64,000 nt of DNA from an uncultured Akkermansia sp. Its GTDB lineage: Bacteria; Verrucomicrobiota; Verrucomicrobiia; Verrucomicrobiales; Akkermansiaceae. The notes under the pieces were generated by a model. It was given only the letters and a program-made list of their open reading frames with translations. It did not search any database and had not been told where the DNA came from. The DNA is taken from assembly GCA_904501955.1 (NCBI GenBank), contig CAJGCY010000001.1:7914-71913 (forward strand). The letters are read 5' to 3'. Shown here piece after piece: positions 10,523 to 20,788 of the stretch. Position 1 is the first letter of the stretch, and every line of letters starts with the position of its first letter. A program made the position numbers and the translations under genes.

Positions 10523-11352
10523 TGGAACCAAGTTTCCGGGGCGTAAATGGATATACTCAGCAAGGCCGGCAGCGCCATCATTCCCCAGTGGAACGAGAAC
10601 CAAACATCTTGCTGAAAACGTGAGCGCATACGCCCCAGTACATGCAAAAAAGCCGTTGCTATGCACAGAGAGCCGTAAAAATGCTGCTCATAACCATTGC
10701 CGACTTGAACGAGCATGTATAGGCATGCCGTAAAAAATAAAGCCATGCCGAAGGGAACCCACACAGCCGTGCGCTCACCTGCTTCTCCGGCCAGCGGACG
10801 CGCCTTTTCCACCTGAAACAGAAAAAACAATACGCATAAACACCACAAGTGTTTATTCTGCAACATGTGCAGGGGGGAATACATGAAGCTGTAAAAATAG
10901 CTCGGCACGGCGCAGGCAAAAACAAAGGCCACGGATAGGCCTAACTCGCGGAAAAACGGCACTTTCTTCAAAAACGGCATGTGCGCCACAACCGATATCA
11001 TCAGCGGAACCGTGAAAAATGCTATCAGATACTGCCCAACACTGAAAAACAACATCCAAAGTGTTGCAAAAAACGCACACAAGGCCACAAGCAACATCAG
11101 GAACGCATGCCCCAGATAATACTCCGCATAAGGTACCTCTCGCCCCATCATTGCCCGGGTCACACGTGTGAACAACACGTATACCCACACCATGGAGAAC
11201 AGCAACAGCAATGGCCCGAAGGTTAACATCGGTATGCTGAATAACGCAGCGATCAAAACACCCCACGCCAGCGCCACTAAGGGAATATCCAAGCCCCAAA
11301 GTGGGATTAGCATCCACCATGGTTTGATAACGTTATTATTCCCTCCTCTCAT
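10519..11352 (-). CDS. Polytopic membrane protein of unknown function
   Basis: Many hydrophobic helices. Start placed at ATG 11352 because the ORF-track ATG at 11361 overlaps the -10 box (TTGCCA-16-CATAAT). Confidence 0.75.
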   Translation of the reverse strand: MRGGNNNVIKPWWMLIPLWGLDIPLVALAWGVLIAALFSIPMLTFGPLLLLFSMVWVYVLFTRVTRAMMGREVPYAEYYLGHAFLMLLVALCAFFATLWMLFFSVGQYLIAFFTVPLMISVVAHMPFLKKVPFFRELGLSVAFVFACAVPSYFYSFMYSPLHMLQNKHLWCLCVLFFLFQVEKARPLAGEAGERTAVWVPFGMALFFTACLYMLVQVGNGYEQHFYGSLCIATAFLHVLGRMRSRFQQDVWFSFHWGMMALPALLSISIYAPETWFH

Positions 11353-11459
11353 TGGCTCCATTATGCCCTATTTTTTCATTTTGGCAAGCGCGCAAGATGT
11401 CATTCTACGAAAAGGTGAAATATAACACATAAAGTCACAATTTATCCTTGCGCAGGCCT

Positions 11460-12107
11460 ATGAATATGCCTATAATCTGCGACATGGAATGGAATGACAG
11501 CTTTATGACGCTTTTCAGAAATGCCGTGGAGCGTTTTCATGAGCGTCCGCAGACACCTGTAGACCGCTTTTTTCTGCCTGATGAGTGCAGTATTTTGGCA
11601 GATATAGGCTATAAGCCGGCGGAGATGCATGCCTACATTCAGGACTACGCCACCAAAGGCGATCCCAGCCCGAGCACCATTCTGCTCATTGCTGCTACGC
11701 GACGCGCATTTTTCATAACCTCCCAGCGAGGCATCTTCGGCAATGCCAAACCGGTTAAAGAGGAAGATTTACCGGCGGAGAATGATGCATTTCAAGAGAT
11801 TCGCTACTTACCGCGAATGATTCGCAAGGCGGAGGCGAAGCTGCACGGGACCTTGGATGAGAACGTCATGTACTACTGCGAGAAAGATCGCGAATTCCTC
11901 AGAAAACACGGCAACATACACCCTGCGGACTTCTTGCAGATGACTTGGGCTGCCCATGGCGATAAACAAAAGATGGTTTCCTCCGTGCTGAACGCCATTC
12001 ATGCGCAACAGCCGGCCAACGCCCCGGACCAGCGCAATAAAACACCGAATCCTGCGGAACAACAAGCCGCGAGCAGCCCCATACAAAGCGAACTGAAACT
12101 TGACTGA
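11460..12107 (+). CDS. DUF5069-like protein
   Basis: Pattern YLPRMIRKAEAKLHGTL..MYYC..DREFL..IHPADFL resembles DUF5069 as I recall it. Confidence 0.6.
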   Translation: MNMPIICDMEWNDSFMTLFRNAVERFHERPQTPVDRFFLPDECSILADIGYKPAEMHAYIQDYATKGDPSPSTILLIAATRRAFFITSQRGIFGNAKPVKEEDLPAENDAFQEIRYLPRMIRKAEAKLHGTLDENVMYYCEKDREFLRKHGNIHPADFLQMTWAAHGDKQKMVSSVLNAIHAQQPANAPDQRNKTPNPAEQQAASSPIQSELKLD

Positions 12108-12112
12108 ACAAC

Positions 12113-12592
12113 ATGAAAAGGCATACTCCCAAGACAGACGCAACAGCACCTGAGGTAACAACGGAACCTCAGCGCCTCGCCTTGGAGGCCATGTCGCATG
12201 AGCTGGTGGAAAAGCTCAACATCATGGTGGCGGAGCAAGAGAAAAGAGCAAGAGAGTTCACCAACCTCAAGCACTCTCTTTCCGCGCTCCCCTCAGATCC
12301 CGAGCTTCCACAAACATCACAAACACCTGAACCTCGGCGCAATACTGCGCCTAAGCACAAGCTCCCCCCCGTTCCCCGACCTTTGCCGGAGCAACCGGTC
12401 TACACACCCAAGGAAGAATCGCCACTTCCGCCTATTCCGCCCTATCATTCTGCGCCGAGTGAAGCACGCTCCCACCGCCGTAAGCCCGCGGTTATCAAGG
12501 GGACAGAGTCGCAGAAAGAAGAAGGCATTGGCATAGGCACCATTATCACCGTGCTCATTATCGTCTTCATGCTTGTGGCTAAAGGTTGTTAA
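12113..12592 (+). CDS. Proline-rich protein with a C-terminal TM helix
   Basis: N-terminal coiled coil, Pro-rich linker, hydrophobic tail IGIGTIITVLIIVFMLV. Confidence 0.65.
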   Translation: MKRHTPKTDATAPEVTTEPQRLALEAMSHELVEKLNIMVAEQEKRAREFTNLKHSLSALPSDPELPQTSQTPEPRRNTAPKHKLPPVPRPLPEQPVYTPKEESPLPPIPPYHSAPSEARSHRRKPAVIKGTESQKEEGIGIGTIITVLIIVFMLVAKGC

Positions 12593-12612
12593 TTTTCTCA
12601 CCCCTTTCACAT

Positions 12613-15327
12613 ATGACAAAACAAATACTGACAGCAATTGCATTAGGAACTTGCGCAGTGTCTTTGCCTTTGTTGACTTCTTGCTCTGATTCCGGAGCCG
12701 ATGCAGCGGCAACAGCTGCAGCTCCTGCGATTAAAACAATGAAGCTCAGGCATCAAAAAGTGACCGACATCCGCACGTGGATGGGTTATTTGCGCGGTGT
12801 TCAGGATACGGATTTGTACCCCCGCGTCAGCGGATGTATCATCGAATACAAAGAAGGCCAAGAAGTTAAAGAGGGCGATATCATTTACCGAATTGACCCC
12901 CGGCCCTTCCAAGCTGAGTTATCTCGAGCTCAAGCCAACCTGGAAGCAGCAAAGGCAGCCTTGGCTCAGGCTGAGGCCTCCCGCGACCAAGTGAAGCTAG
13001 ATGTAGACCGCTACACAGGGCTGGTGACTACCGGTGCAGCATCCGACAAACAACTGACGGATGCCAAGCATAATCTCGATGCAGCTATCGCTAAGGTAAA
13101 AGCATGTGAGGCTGATATTTTACAACAAGAAGCAGCCGTGCGCACCGCTGAGATTAACCTGTCATATACGGATGTAAAAGCCCCTTACGACGGCTTTGTC
13201 GGCACATCACTCATTTCCACCGGTGCCTTGGTAAGCCCGGCGACTAAACTCGGCAACATCACCTCTTCCGGGGCATTGCGAGTGGATTTCTCCATCAACA
13301 GCGACGCCCTGCTCCATTCATTCCAGCGTTATGGCAAGGTCCAGTCCGACAAGAAAGACCCCGCTCTTGCCAATGCATCCCCCGCTTTCGACATTATCCT
13401 GGAAGACGGAACAACCTACGAGCACAAGGGTGAAATGCTTTCCATGGACAGCCGGGTGGATGGTACCGGCCTCATCGACATTGTCGGTGCCGTACCGAAT
13501 CCCGATGCCAAGCTTCGCGGTGGCATGAAAATCAACCTCCGCGTCCCCATTGCGGAGAAAGATGCCATCCTCGTACCCAAGGAAGCCATCCGAACCGTGA
13601 TGCGCAACAGCTTCATCATCATCGTGGATAAGGCAAATATCCCTCATTCCGTCCCTGTTACGATTGATGGCTACTACACCGTGGAAGTGAAAGAAGATGA
13701 TGGTTATACCTCTACTCAGGAGATGGTTGCCGTCACGGATTATAATCTTCCCCTTGCCGATTATTTCCGCAAGTTCGGCTATGAAAACATAACAGACGTA
13801 CCGATTGTAGCGGATAAAGAGAACGGCGTGCAAGCCATGACGATTTCCTCCGCGAACTCACGCCTTGATGACCGCAAGGCTGAAATGGAGGAAGCAAAAC
13901 GCGAGCAGGAGGACAGCATCCTCAGCAGCATTCTGATGGCCATCGGGTTAGAGGACCCTCTGCCCTCACCTGATACGCTCAAGCCGCAAACAATCACCAC
14001 CAGACCCTTCACCTACAACCCGGCCGAGGAACAGGCAAAAATGGCTGCCGCCATGGCAAAGATGAACAAGGTGAACCCGAACGCGAAGCCCACCATGCCT
14101 CCGGTGAAGGTGAAAGTTGCTAACATCGTCCGCCGCGATGTCGGTGAAGTGATGGAGTGGTATGGCTCCTTGCGTGGTAAAGAGGAGACGGAAATCCGCC
14201 CGCAGGTAAGCGGCTTCCTCCTCAAACAACACTTCCGCAACGGCACCTTGGTCAAAGAAGGAGATGTGCTCTTCACCATTGACCCGGCTCCGTATGAGGC
14301 TGCTCTTGCCAGCGCAAAAGCCAACTTGGAGTCTGCCAAAGCACAACATGAAGCTTCTGTCGTTCAGCTGAATAAAGCAAAAGGTGATTTAGAGCGATTC
14401 GCCAGGCTGAACACCGAAACCCCGGGCGCGGTTTCCACCAAAATGGTGACGGATGCACAGAGCGACGTTTTGACGGCGGAGGCAAACGTACGCCGAGCTT
14501 TGGCAACTGTCGGACAAATGGAAGCAGCTGTACGCTTAGCTGAAATCAATTTGGGGTATACCACCATTAAAGCGCCCTTCAGTGGCCGCGTCGGCATCAG
14601 CAATCCCTCCGTCGGAGCACTCGTTTCTCCCAACGATGCACAGTCACTTGTATCCATCTCCTCGGTTGACCCCATACGCGTGGATTTCCAGGTAAGTGGG
14701 CGAGATGCCTTGCAAATTACCAACCGAGTCGGCAAGAATAACCCGAATGGAGCTATGACATTCGACATCGTCTTAGAAGACGGCACGGTATACCCCAGTA
14801 AGGGAACCATCGTCTCCCCCGACAACGTCGTGAAAAAGACAACCGGCACATTCGGCATAGTGGCTGAGGTGGAGAATACCACATCCGGGCTGCGCAGTGG
14901 CATGCCCGTCAAGGTGCGCGCCGCTCTCAGAGAACAGAAAGATGCTCTCTTGGTGCCTGCTCGAGCCCCCCTGACTCAGGGTGTCATGGACATCATCCTG
15001 ATTAAGGGTAAAGACAACGCGCCCTCTGCCATGCCCATCAAAAAGGGAGCATTGGTCACAATAGAGGTAGATGGAGTTTTGCAGCCCATGCAAATCATTC
15101 ACTTAGACCCGGCGATGCTCCAGAAAATGGGATATGAAGCCCCCACTGAGGTGGAGGTAATCGTAGAAGGCACACTGCCCGCAGGTATGGCGCTGCAAGC
15201 TAACATGGCAGCCGAAGGGCGCGCCAATAAGCTGGAGGCCACACCGTTCATCTACACCACACCGCGTACGGTGGAGCCCTCCATCACTGCGGACAAATCT
15301 CCGACCCCGAATCTTAACAAATTCTAA
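12613..15327 (+). CDS. RND periplasmic adaptor lipoprotein with two tandem MFP modules
   Basis: Lipobox LLTSC; two MFP signatures (YPRVSG..IDPRPF..LSYTDVKAPYDG and RPQVSG..IDPAPY..LGYTTIKAPFSG). Confidence 0.9.
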   Translation: MTKQILTAIALGTCAVSLPLLTSCSDSGADAAATAAAPAIKTMKLRHQKVTDIRTWMGYLRGVQDTDLYPRVSGCIIEYKEGQEVKEGDIIYRIDPRPFQAELSRAQANLEAAKAALAQAEASRDQVKLDVDRYTGLVTTGAASDKQLTDAKHNLDAAIAKVKACEADILQQEAAVRTAEINLSYTDVKAPYDGFVGTSLISTGALVSPATKLGNITSSGALRVDFSINSDALLHSFQRYGKVQSDKKDPALANASPAFDIILEDGTTYEHKGEMLSMDSRVDGTGLIDIVGAVPNPDAKLRGGMKINLRVPIAEKDAILVPKEAIRTVMRNSFIIIVDKANIPHSVPVTIDGYYTVEVKEDDGYTSTQEMVAVTDYNLPLADYFRKFGYENITDVPIVADKENGVQAMTISSANSRLDDRKAEMEEAKREQEDSILSSILMAIGLEDPLPSPDTLKPQTITTRPFTYNPAEEQAKMAAAMAKMNKVNPNAKPTMPPVKVKVANIVRRDVGEVMEWYGSLRGKEETEIRPQVSGFLLKQHFRNGTLVKEGDVLFTIDPAPYEAALASAKANLESAKAQHEASVVQLNKAKGDLERFARLNTETPGAVSTKMVTDAQSDVLTAEANVRRALATVGQMEAAVRLAEINLGYTTIKAPFSGRVGISNPSVGALVSPNDAQSLVSISSVDPIRVDFQVSGRDALQITNRVGKNNPNGAMTFDIVLEDGTVYPSKGTIVSPDNVVKKTTGTFGIVAEVENTTSGLRSGMPVKVRAALREQKDALLVPARAPLTQGVMDIILIKGKDNAPSAMPIKKGALVTIEVDGVLQPMQIIHLDPAMLQKMGYEAPTEVEVIVEGTLPAGMALQANMAAEGRANKLEATPFIYTTPRTVEPSITADKSPTPNLNKF

Positions 15328-15341
15328 CCACCTGAATAATT

Positions 15342-18300
15342 ATGTCACCGTTTTTCATTAAACACCCGATTATTGCAGGCGTTATCTCCATTGTAACGAC
15401 CATGCTCGGCATCATCTGCATGCTGGGCTTGCCTATCTCCCTGTATCCGGACATCGCGCCCATCACCATTCAGTTAAGCGCCAGTTATCCGGGAGCGAAT
15501 GCGCAGGAGGTGGCAGACTCCGTTGCAACGCCTATTGAGCTGCAGCTCTCCGGTCTTCAGGGAATGGACTACATGAGCTCCACCTCCTCCAATAACGGCA
15601 GTTGCTCCATCAACGTTATCTTCGAGCCCGGGACGGATGCAAACACCAACCAGCAATTCACCTACATGAAGTACAGCCAGGCAACTGCCCAGTTGCCCAA
15701 CACGGTATCTCAGATGGGTGTTACCATCAAGCAGTCCTCCGGTCTGCCCATGCTGCTGTACGCTATTGACTCACCGCAGGACTTCTTCCAGCCCATTGAC
15801 TTGACGAACTACGCCTACCTGAACTTGGTGGATCCGGTGAAGCGAGTCAAAGGCGTGGGCGACGTCATGGTGTTCGGTGGTCGCTATGCCGTGCGTATTT
15901 GGTTGGATTCCGAGAAGATGGCCCAGAAAAACATCTCCGTCTCTCAGGTATACAACGCCGTGAACCAGCAGAACGCCATCAACCCCGGTGGCGCAGTTGG
16001 TGCAGAACCCATGCCTGACGGCCAAGAGTTTACCTACACCATCCGCAATAAAGGCCGCATGGAAAGCATAGACGAGTTCCGTAACATCATCGTCTATCAA
16101 AACGGTACTCAGTCCGTAAGACTCAAAGACATCGCTAAAATTGAGCTGGGTTCCCAAACTTACTCTCTGGCAGGCCGAGTCGGTGTGCATAAGGAAGGCA
16201 AGAGCCGTCCCGCCACGGTTTTGGCCGTGTTCCAAGCAGCTGATGCCAACGCCTTGGAAACGGTAGCCAGACTGGAAAAGCTCTTCAAACAAAAAGAGGC
16301 CGTGATGCCCGAGGGCATGCGCGGGTTCATCTCATTGGATACCACCACCACGGTGGAGGACTCCATTGAAGAAATTATCCACACTCTGTTTGAAGCATTG
16401 GTGCTGGTGGCCTTCGTGGTGTTCCTGTTCCTGCAGGGCTGGCGCGCAACGCTCATCCCGCTTATCGCCGTACCGGTATCATTGGTAACGACGTTCTGCT
16501 TCTTCCCGATACTCGGTTTCTCTCTGAATACGGTGTGTTTGCTGGGCATGGTGCTGGCCATCGGTCTGGTGGTGGACGACGCCATCGTGGTGGTGGAAGC
16601 GGTGGAAGCCCACTTGGAAAACGGCATGAACCCGCGCGAAGCTACCTTCGCCGCCATGAAGGAGGTGAGCGGCCCCGTAGTGGCCATTGCATTGGTACTG
16701 GCAGCTGTATTCGTTCCTTCCGTACTGCTACCCGGCATTACGGGCACATTGTTCCAGCAATTTGCCGTTACCATTGCCATATCCATGTTGATATCGGCCT
16801 TCAACGCATTGACCTTGTCCCCGGCATTGTCCGCCTTGCTGCTCAAGCCCAAGAAATCGCACAAATCCCTCCTTACGCCTTTCTACAACGCTTTCAACCG
16901 CATTTATGACAAGGTGGCGGACATTTTTGCCGCATGCTGCGGGTTCCTGTGCCGCAACTTGATTATTGCCATGGCAGCCTTGGTGGGGCTGTGCGTCCTC
17001 ATCATCCCGACCTCCAAGGAGGTACCGGGGGGCTTCCTTCCGGCAGAAGACCAAGGCTACCTGATTGCCGGCGTTATTATGAAACCCGGTGTTTCACTGC
17101 AGCGCCTTGTGGAGCAAAGCCCCAAGGTGGAGCAAGCCATCTTGAAAGATGACGCCGTCAATAACGTGGTGTCCGTTGTGGGTATGAACATGATGATTGG
17201 CGTGCAAACGACCAACGCCATGACTTTCTTCGTCACGCTCAAGGACTTCAAGGACCGCCCGACAATGCCCAATGGCGAAAAGCCTACGGCTAAGATGGTT
17301 CAGCAGCGCTTGACGGCAGCTGTAGCAGCCGCGGGGGTGGATGGTGTAACCTTCCTGGCAGAACCCCCGGCTATTCCCGGTGTGGGTACCGGTAATGACA
17401 TCACCTTCGTGCTCGAAGATTTGGAGGGCCAGGGTGTAGCCGCTCTTTATGAGCAAGTCGTCAAGTTGGAAGGCGCCCTCAAAGCGCATCCTGCCATTGC
17501 CAAGGCCTCTGACATGATGCTGCCTTCCGTTCCGCAGAAGAGCATAGTCATTGACAAGGAGAAGTGCCTCGCCCAGGGGGTGGACTTCTCTGCGGCGAAC
17601 TCCCTGCTGCAGTGCTTCAACGGTTCCCGATTCGTGAACTACTATACACAATTCGGCCAGCAATGGCAAGTATACCTGCAAGCTGATGGCGAGCACCGCG
17701 TCAATACGGATCAAATTGCCAACTTCTACGTGAACAACAACCAAGGCGAGAAAGTACCTTTGGATACCTTGGTGAACATCACGGATATTGCGGATACGGA
17801 GTTCGTGCTCCACACCAATAACTACAATGCAGGCCGCATCAGCATCGTCCCGGCAGAGGGGTATTCCTCCGCTCAGGCCATGGCTGCCGTGGAAGAGGTC
17901 TTTGCCAAGACCATGGACACGACGAAGTTCGCCATGGAATACGTGGATATGAGCTTCCAGGAAAAGAAGGTACAGGATGGCTTGGGGCTCGGCTCCATCT
18001 TCCTGCTCTCCGGTGTGTTCGCGTTCTTGATTATGGCAGCATTGTACGAGAAATGGACGCTTCCGATTTCCATTTTCCTTTCCGTGCCGATTGCCGTGCT
18101 CGGCGCCTTTGCAGGTTTGTGGATATACGGGATGAGCTTGGACTTGTACGCGCAGATCGGCTTGGTGATGTTGGTGGGTCTTGCAGCAAAGAACGCCATT
18201 CTCATCGTGGAGTTTGCCGTGCTGCAGATGGAGCGCGGGTTATCCCTGATAGATGCAGCCGTAACGGCAGCCCGCCAGCGTTTGCGCCCGATTCTGATGA

Positions 18301-18551
18301 CCTCGTTTGCCTTTATTTTGGGTTGCGTACCCTTGCTGACGGCAGAAGGCGCAGGTGCTTTGGCACGTAATGCACTGGGTGTGGTAGTGATATTCGGCAT
18401 GAGCCTGGCTACCTTGGTAGGTGTGTTCTTCATTCCCTGCTCCTTTGTATTCGTGATGAAACTTTTCCGCAGCAAAATCGAGAAAGCGCATCACGGTGCC
18501 GACCCCGACGAGGAAAGCGCATACGCCAAATTAGCAGCAGAAGAGGAATAA
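15342..18551 (+). CDS. HAE1-family RND efflux transporter (AcrB/MexB-like)
   Basis: 1069 aa; proton-relay motifs VVDDAIVVVE, AKNAILIVEFA and RLRPILMT are intact. Confidence 0.95.
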   Translation: MSPFFIKHPIIAGVISIVTTMLGIICMLGLPISLYPDIAPITIQLSASYPGANAQEVADSVATPIELQLSGLQGMDYMSSTSSNNGSCSINVIFEPGTDANTNQQFTYMKYSQATAQLPNTVSQMGVTIKQSSGLPMLLYAIDSPQDFFQPIDLTNYAYLNLVDPVKRVKGVGDVMVFGGRYAVRIWLDSEKMAQKNISVSQVYNAVNQQNAINPGGAVGAEPMPDGQEFTYTIRNKGRMESIDEFRNIIVYQNGTQSVRLKDIAKIELGSQTYSLAGRVGVHKEGKSRPATVLAVFQAADANALETVARLEKLFKQKEAVMPEGMRGFISLDTTTTVEDSIEEIIHTLFEALVLVAFVVFLFLQGWRATLIPLIAVPVSLVTTFCFFPILGFSLNTVCLLGMVLAIGLVVDDAIVVVEAVEAHLENGMNPREATFAAMKEVSGPVVAIALVLAAVFVPSVLLPGITGTLFQQFAVTIAISMLISAFNALTLSPALSALLLKPKKSHKSLLTPFYNAFNRIYDKVADIFAACCGFLCRNLIIAMAALVGLCVLIIPTSKEVPGGFLPAEDQGYLIAGVIMKPGVSLQRLVEQSPKVEQAILKDDAVNNVVSVVGMNMMIGVQTTNAMTFFVTLKDFKDRPTMPNGEKPTAKMVQQRLTAAVAAAGVDGVTFLAEPPAIPGVGTGNDITFVLEDLEGQGVAALYEQVVKLEGALKAHPAIAKASDMMLPSVPQKSIVIDKEKCLAQGVDFSAANSLLQCFNGSRFVNYYTQFGQQWQVYLQADGEHRVNTDQIANFYVNNNQGEKVPLDTLVNITDIADTEFVLHTNNYNAGRISIVPAEGYSSAQAMAAVEEVFAKTMDTTKFAMEYVDMSFQEKKVQDGLGLGSIFLLSGVFAFLIMAALYEKWTLPISIFLSVPIAVLGAFAGLWIYGMSLDLYAQIGLVMLVGLAAKNAILIVEFAVLQMERGLSLIDAAVTAARQRLRPILMTSFAFILGCVPLLTAEGAGALARNALGVVVIFGMSLATLVGVFFIPCSFVFVMKLFRSKIEKAHHGADPDEESAYAKLAAEEE

Positions 18552-18573
18552 GCATTCCGCCGATGATTCTTCA

Positions 18574-18610
18574 GCTCCGCTGCCGAAATATACGGCAGCG
18601 GAGTTTTTTT
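18574..18610 (+). terminator. Intrinsic terminator after the RND operon
   Basis: CTCCGCTGCCG / CGGCAGCGGAG stem followed by T7. Confidence 0.9.
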
Positions 18611-18662
18611 GCTTGCCGAGGTAGGGTAAAACATGTTTGAATATGCATGAGCCTAACAGCTC

Positions 18663-18794
18663 TACCTCCGGAGGCGGTGAGGATACCGCAGGAAATAGAT
18701 GGGGAAGGCAGTGAAAATCTGCCGCTGTGCCGCAACCGTGTTGCCGGGTTGATGTAAAGTCTGCCCGCTCAGTCGGAATGCCAGCCGCGAGGTA
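18663..18794 (+). ncRNA. Cobalamin riboswitch
   Basis: Core GGGAAGGCAGTGAAAATCTGCCGCTGTGCCGCAACCGTG, B12-box-like AGTCGGAATGCCAGCC, closing pairing TACCTC/GAGGTA; directly upstream of a TonB-dependent receptor. Confidence 0.85.
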
Positions 18795-18841
18795 CGTCTT
18801 CACCGTTCGGCGAAACACCGGACACAGACAAAGCAATACAA

Positions 18842-20788
18842 ATGAACATACAGACAGTAGCCCCGGCGCTCGGGGTCTCGATAGTTGTGCCTGTTCTCAT
18901 CACGGCAGGCGTTGCAAGCGCACAAATCAGAGAAACGGAATTACCGCCCGTTACCGTTTCCGCTCACACTGAAGATGGCGTACCGGTGGATCGCTCCGGC
19001 GCAGCAGTTGAGGTGCTTGATATCCCGCAGCTCAAAAAAGAGAATATCTACACCGTATCTGAATCGTTAAGTACCGTTCCGGGGGTATTTGTACTGCCGG
19101 GCGGCGGTACAAACCAGCGAGGAAACACCTCACCGGTAGTAATTCGCGGCATGAGCTCTGATGCTTACACCTCTACCATGGTGGATGGCATGCGCCTGTG
19201 CTCGAACGGAGGGGATACCATCATCACCTCGAATGTCGTCGCTCGCACGGATTTGCACACGCTCGGAACGCTTGAGGTGTTACGGGGCAGCCAAAGCGCA
19301 TTGTACGGAGGCGGTGCTATAGGTGGAGTCATTTACATGGAAACACCGGAGGGTGAGGGAGAGCCTTCTCTGACGATTTTCAATGAGATTGGCAGCAATA
19401 ACTCTCGCATTTACAACATCAGCACACAAGGCCGCCAAGGTGAACTGGCTTGGTTTATCAGCGCCGGTTACTCCGGAACGGATAATGACGTCAGTCAGGT
19501 AAACGGTAGCCACTCACGGCATGACAAAGCATTTGAATCAGACATCCGCAATGAAGCCATTCGCTTGGATTACCATGTAAACGACGACAACACCCTCACC
19601 TTCACTTATCGCCGTGAGGATTCCGAGTACGGCTACGACAGTATGGACCCCATGTGGGCTACATACAACACCTACAGATTCCGCAGCAACTTAATCACGC
19701 TCCGGCACAGTACCCAATTGAACAGCAAACTCTCCACCAGCTTAATGGCAGGCTATTACACCTTCGACGCTAAACTTGCAGATGATTACCTGCAAGAGAT
19801 GCGCAACTTTCAGCTTGAGTGGAAAAACACTTACAAATGGAATGCGCAGCACAGCACTTCCGCCACCTTGGCATGGAACAGAAACGACTACGATTGCCTA
19901 TCCGGCGGTACTACGGAAAACCAATACAGAAATTTGGAAAACGTGGTAGCTATTGCAGCAGAACACCGTTACTCGCCGAATAATGCACTTGACCTAACTT
20001 TCGCCGCCAGGCTGGAGCAAAGCAACGTTCACGATGTCATGCCCTCTTTTCGTGCGGATGTCAGCTACAAATTCAACGCTGAGCGCACACGTCTTTACGG
20101 AGCTGCAAGCACCGGGTATCGGGCACCATCCTCATTCCAGCGCAGTAGTGCCGTATATGCATCCCCCTATGGTCTATATGCCGGTAATCCGGACTTGGAG
20201 TGTGAGCGCAGCTTCAGCGTTGAGGCGGGGGTAGAACACACCATCGCCGGCACGCACATATTCAAGGCAGGCATTTTCAGCGAGCGACGTACGAATGCCA
20301 TCACGACGCAGTGGGATACGGATGATATGCTGACGCGATACGAGAATGACGGGGGCCATTGGAGCATCCTCGGCACGGAAATCGCCATCAGTGGCACCTT
20401 CCATTCCATGCCGGGTACAGGGTATAAAATTGCGTGGACCTATGTTTCACCGAAAACATCTGATGGTCACCAAATACCCTCATCCGCACGGCACACGCTG
20501 TCCGCAGATATACACACCGAGCTTTTTGAAGGCTTTACAACCGGCATAGGGATATGTGCCGCTGCCGGCAGAAGCCATTACTCGGAGGCGGCTCCATTCT
20601 CCCCTGATAACTATTACAGCCTGCGTTGGTATGCTCAGTATCAATTAAACAAAAACGTAACGCTACATCTGAGTGTAGAGAACCTGACGAATCAAAAATA
20701 CATCACGGAATGCCATTATATGGATGAGCAATACTCATTCATTTCCGCCGGCACAACCGTTCACGCAGGGTGCACCATCACATTCTGA
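18842..20788 (+). CDS. TonB-dependent receptor, probable cobalamin receptor (BtuB-like)
   Basis: Signal peptide, TonB-box-like VTVSA, plug motifs IRG and EVLRGSQSALYGGGAIGGVI, VENLTN, terminal Phe; B12 riboswitch upstream. Confidence 0.85.
   Translation: MNIQTVAPALGVSIVVPVLITAGVASAQIRETELPPVTVSAHTEDGVPVDRSGAAVEVLDIPQLKKENIYTVSESLSTVPGVFVLPGGGTNQRGNTSPVVIRGMSSDAYTSTMVDGMRLCSNGGDTIITSNVVARTDLHTLGTLEVLRGSQSALYGGGAIGGVIYMETPEGEGEPSLTIFNEIGSNNSRIYNISTQGRQGELAWFISAGYSGTDNDVSQVNGSHSRHDKAFESDIRNEAIRLDYHVNDDNTLTFTYRREDSEYGYDSMDPMWATYNTYRFRSNLITLRHSTQLNSKLSTSLMAGYYTFDAKLADDYLQEMRNFQLEWKNTYKWNAQHSTSATLAWNRNDYDCLSGGTTENQYRNLENVVAIAAEHRYSPNNALDLTFAARLEQSNVHDVMPSFRADVSYKFNAERTRLYGAASTGYRAPSSFQRSSAVYASPYGLYAGNPDLECERSFSVEAGVEHTIAGTHIFKAGIFSERRTNAITTQWDTDDMLTRYENDGGHWSILGTEIAISGTFHSMPGTGYKIAWTYVSPKTSDGHQIPSSARHTLSADIHTELFEGFTTGIGICAAAGRSHYSEAAPFSPDNYYSLRWYAQYQLNKNVTLHLSVENLTNQKYITECHYMDEQYSFISAGTTVHAGCTITF

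Noticed and set aside
10519..11352. Idea that the membrane protein convergent with menC is MenA/UbiA
   Set aside because: No Asp-rich prenyltransferase motifs are visible.
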